Source of the DNA: a virus
Strand: one strand, 5' to 3'
IMG/VR virus record: IMGVR_UViG_3300021420_000028
Coordinates: 2,570-66,569 of that record
DNA length: 64,000 bases
Shown: in pieces, positions 63,606-64,000 of the stretch
How positions within the stretch are numbered: position 1 is the stretch's first letter
Layout of the letters: each line of letters begins with the position of its first letter
Notes under the pieces: model-generated
Told to the model about the DNA's origin: nothing
The model's input: the letters and a program-made list of their open reading frames with translations, nothing else
The model's database searches: none
Translations under genes and position numbers: made by a program

Positions 63606-63972
63606 GAGGCAGATAATCGCCCTTGCAAGTCTAAGCGGTCGCCGACGCTTAATTTCGTCGATTCGTTTTGTAGACGGTGCCATTTCCCGAACTCCCCTTC
63701 GTTTTTACAATTCCAATAATTAATCCGCCAAAACGGCCAAGTCAAGCGAAATTGTAGTGAAAGTTGGGGCTTGACGCGCGGGCGTGGCCGGGAGGACACT
63801 CGCCGCCCCGCTCGGTGCCCGCTCCCTTGGGAGGCGCGCGGAAAAGAAAAGCCCCGGCAAAGGGTTGAAGCCTTGCCAGGGTAAAGTGGTATCGGGGAGG
63901 AACGTGAATCCAGCGACCGAAGCCGCCGACTCTTGTTTTATGCCGGGCGGCGGCAAAATGCAAGGGGTTAAA

Positions 63973-64000
63973 ATGAGCGCGATGCTAGAAGCCGCGTTAA
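63973..64000 (+). CDS. start of a gene running off the window (possible Prim-Pol primase)
   Basis: MSAMLEAAL... with AGGGG RBS; resembles typical Prim-Pol N-termini, but only 9 codons are visible. Confidence 0.3.

Noticed and set aside
63111-63683. ORFs 63111-63437 and 63438-63683 (- strand)
   Set aside because: They run across the IS relic and the promoter with no recognisable motifs; probably spurious.
63751-63770. TGTAGTG half-site
   Set aside because: No CACTACA arm at the N5 spacing.
1-64000. tRNA, rRNA, reverse transcriptase/DGR, tape-measure gene
   Set aside because: None recognised by eye; tRNAscan-SE and HMM searches would be needed to exclude them.

Overview
Most of a tailed dsDNA phage genome, inferred to infect an alphaproteobacterium (GcrA homolog, CtrA box). 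Podovirus-like morphology is inferred from adaptor, nozzle and ejection-protein genes and the absence of a tape-measure gene. The + strand (0.7-53 kb) carries, in order: early genes (DUF932, gcrA, HiPIP-like); a glycan-synthesis/nucleotide cluster (STELLO/GT75-like, GT-A, ThyX, NDP-sugar epimerase, HAD, TPR-GT9, FkbM); a serine recombinase; terminase, portal, scaffold, capsid, adaptors, nozzle and ejection proteins; receptor-binding proteins; and lysis genes. The - strand (53-63 kb) is the replication module (family A polymerase, Cas4-like nuclease, VRR-NUC, SNF2-like helicase, SSB-like). Main observations: (1) the tail fibre/tailspike genes carry Sec-type signal peptides and paired cysteines, suggesting periplasmic folding; (2) a gene-cassette array behind the helicase has spacers built from the helicase 3' end and the 5' start of the downstream gene; (3) a palindrome TGTAGTG-N5-CACTACA sits on four TTGAC promoters; (4) there is a prodomain-less S53 sedolisin, an FN3-like protein that may polymerise by donor-strand exchange, a 13-aa Arg-rich micropeptide and an IS1595 relic. 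All calls come from motif reading and gene order; no searches were run.
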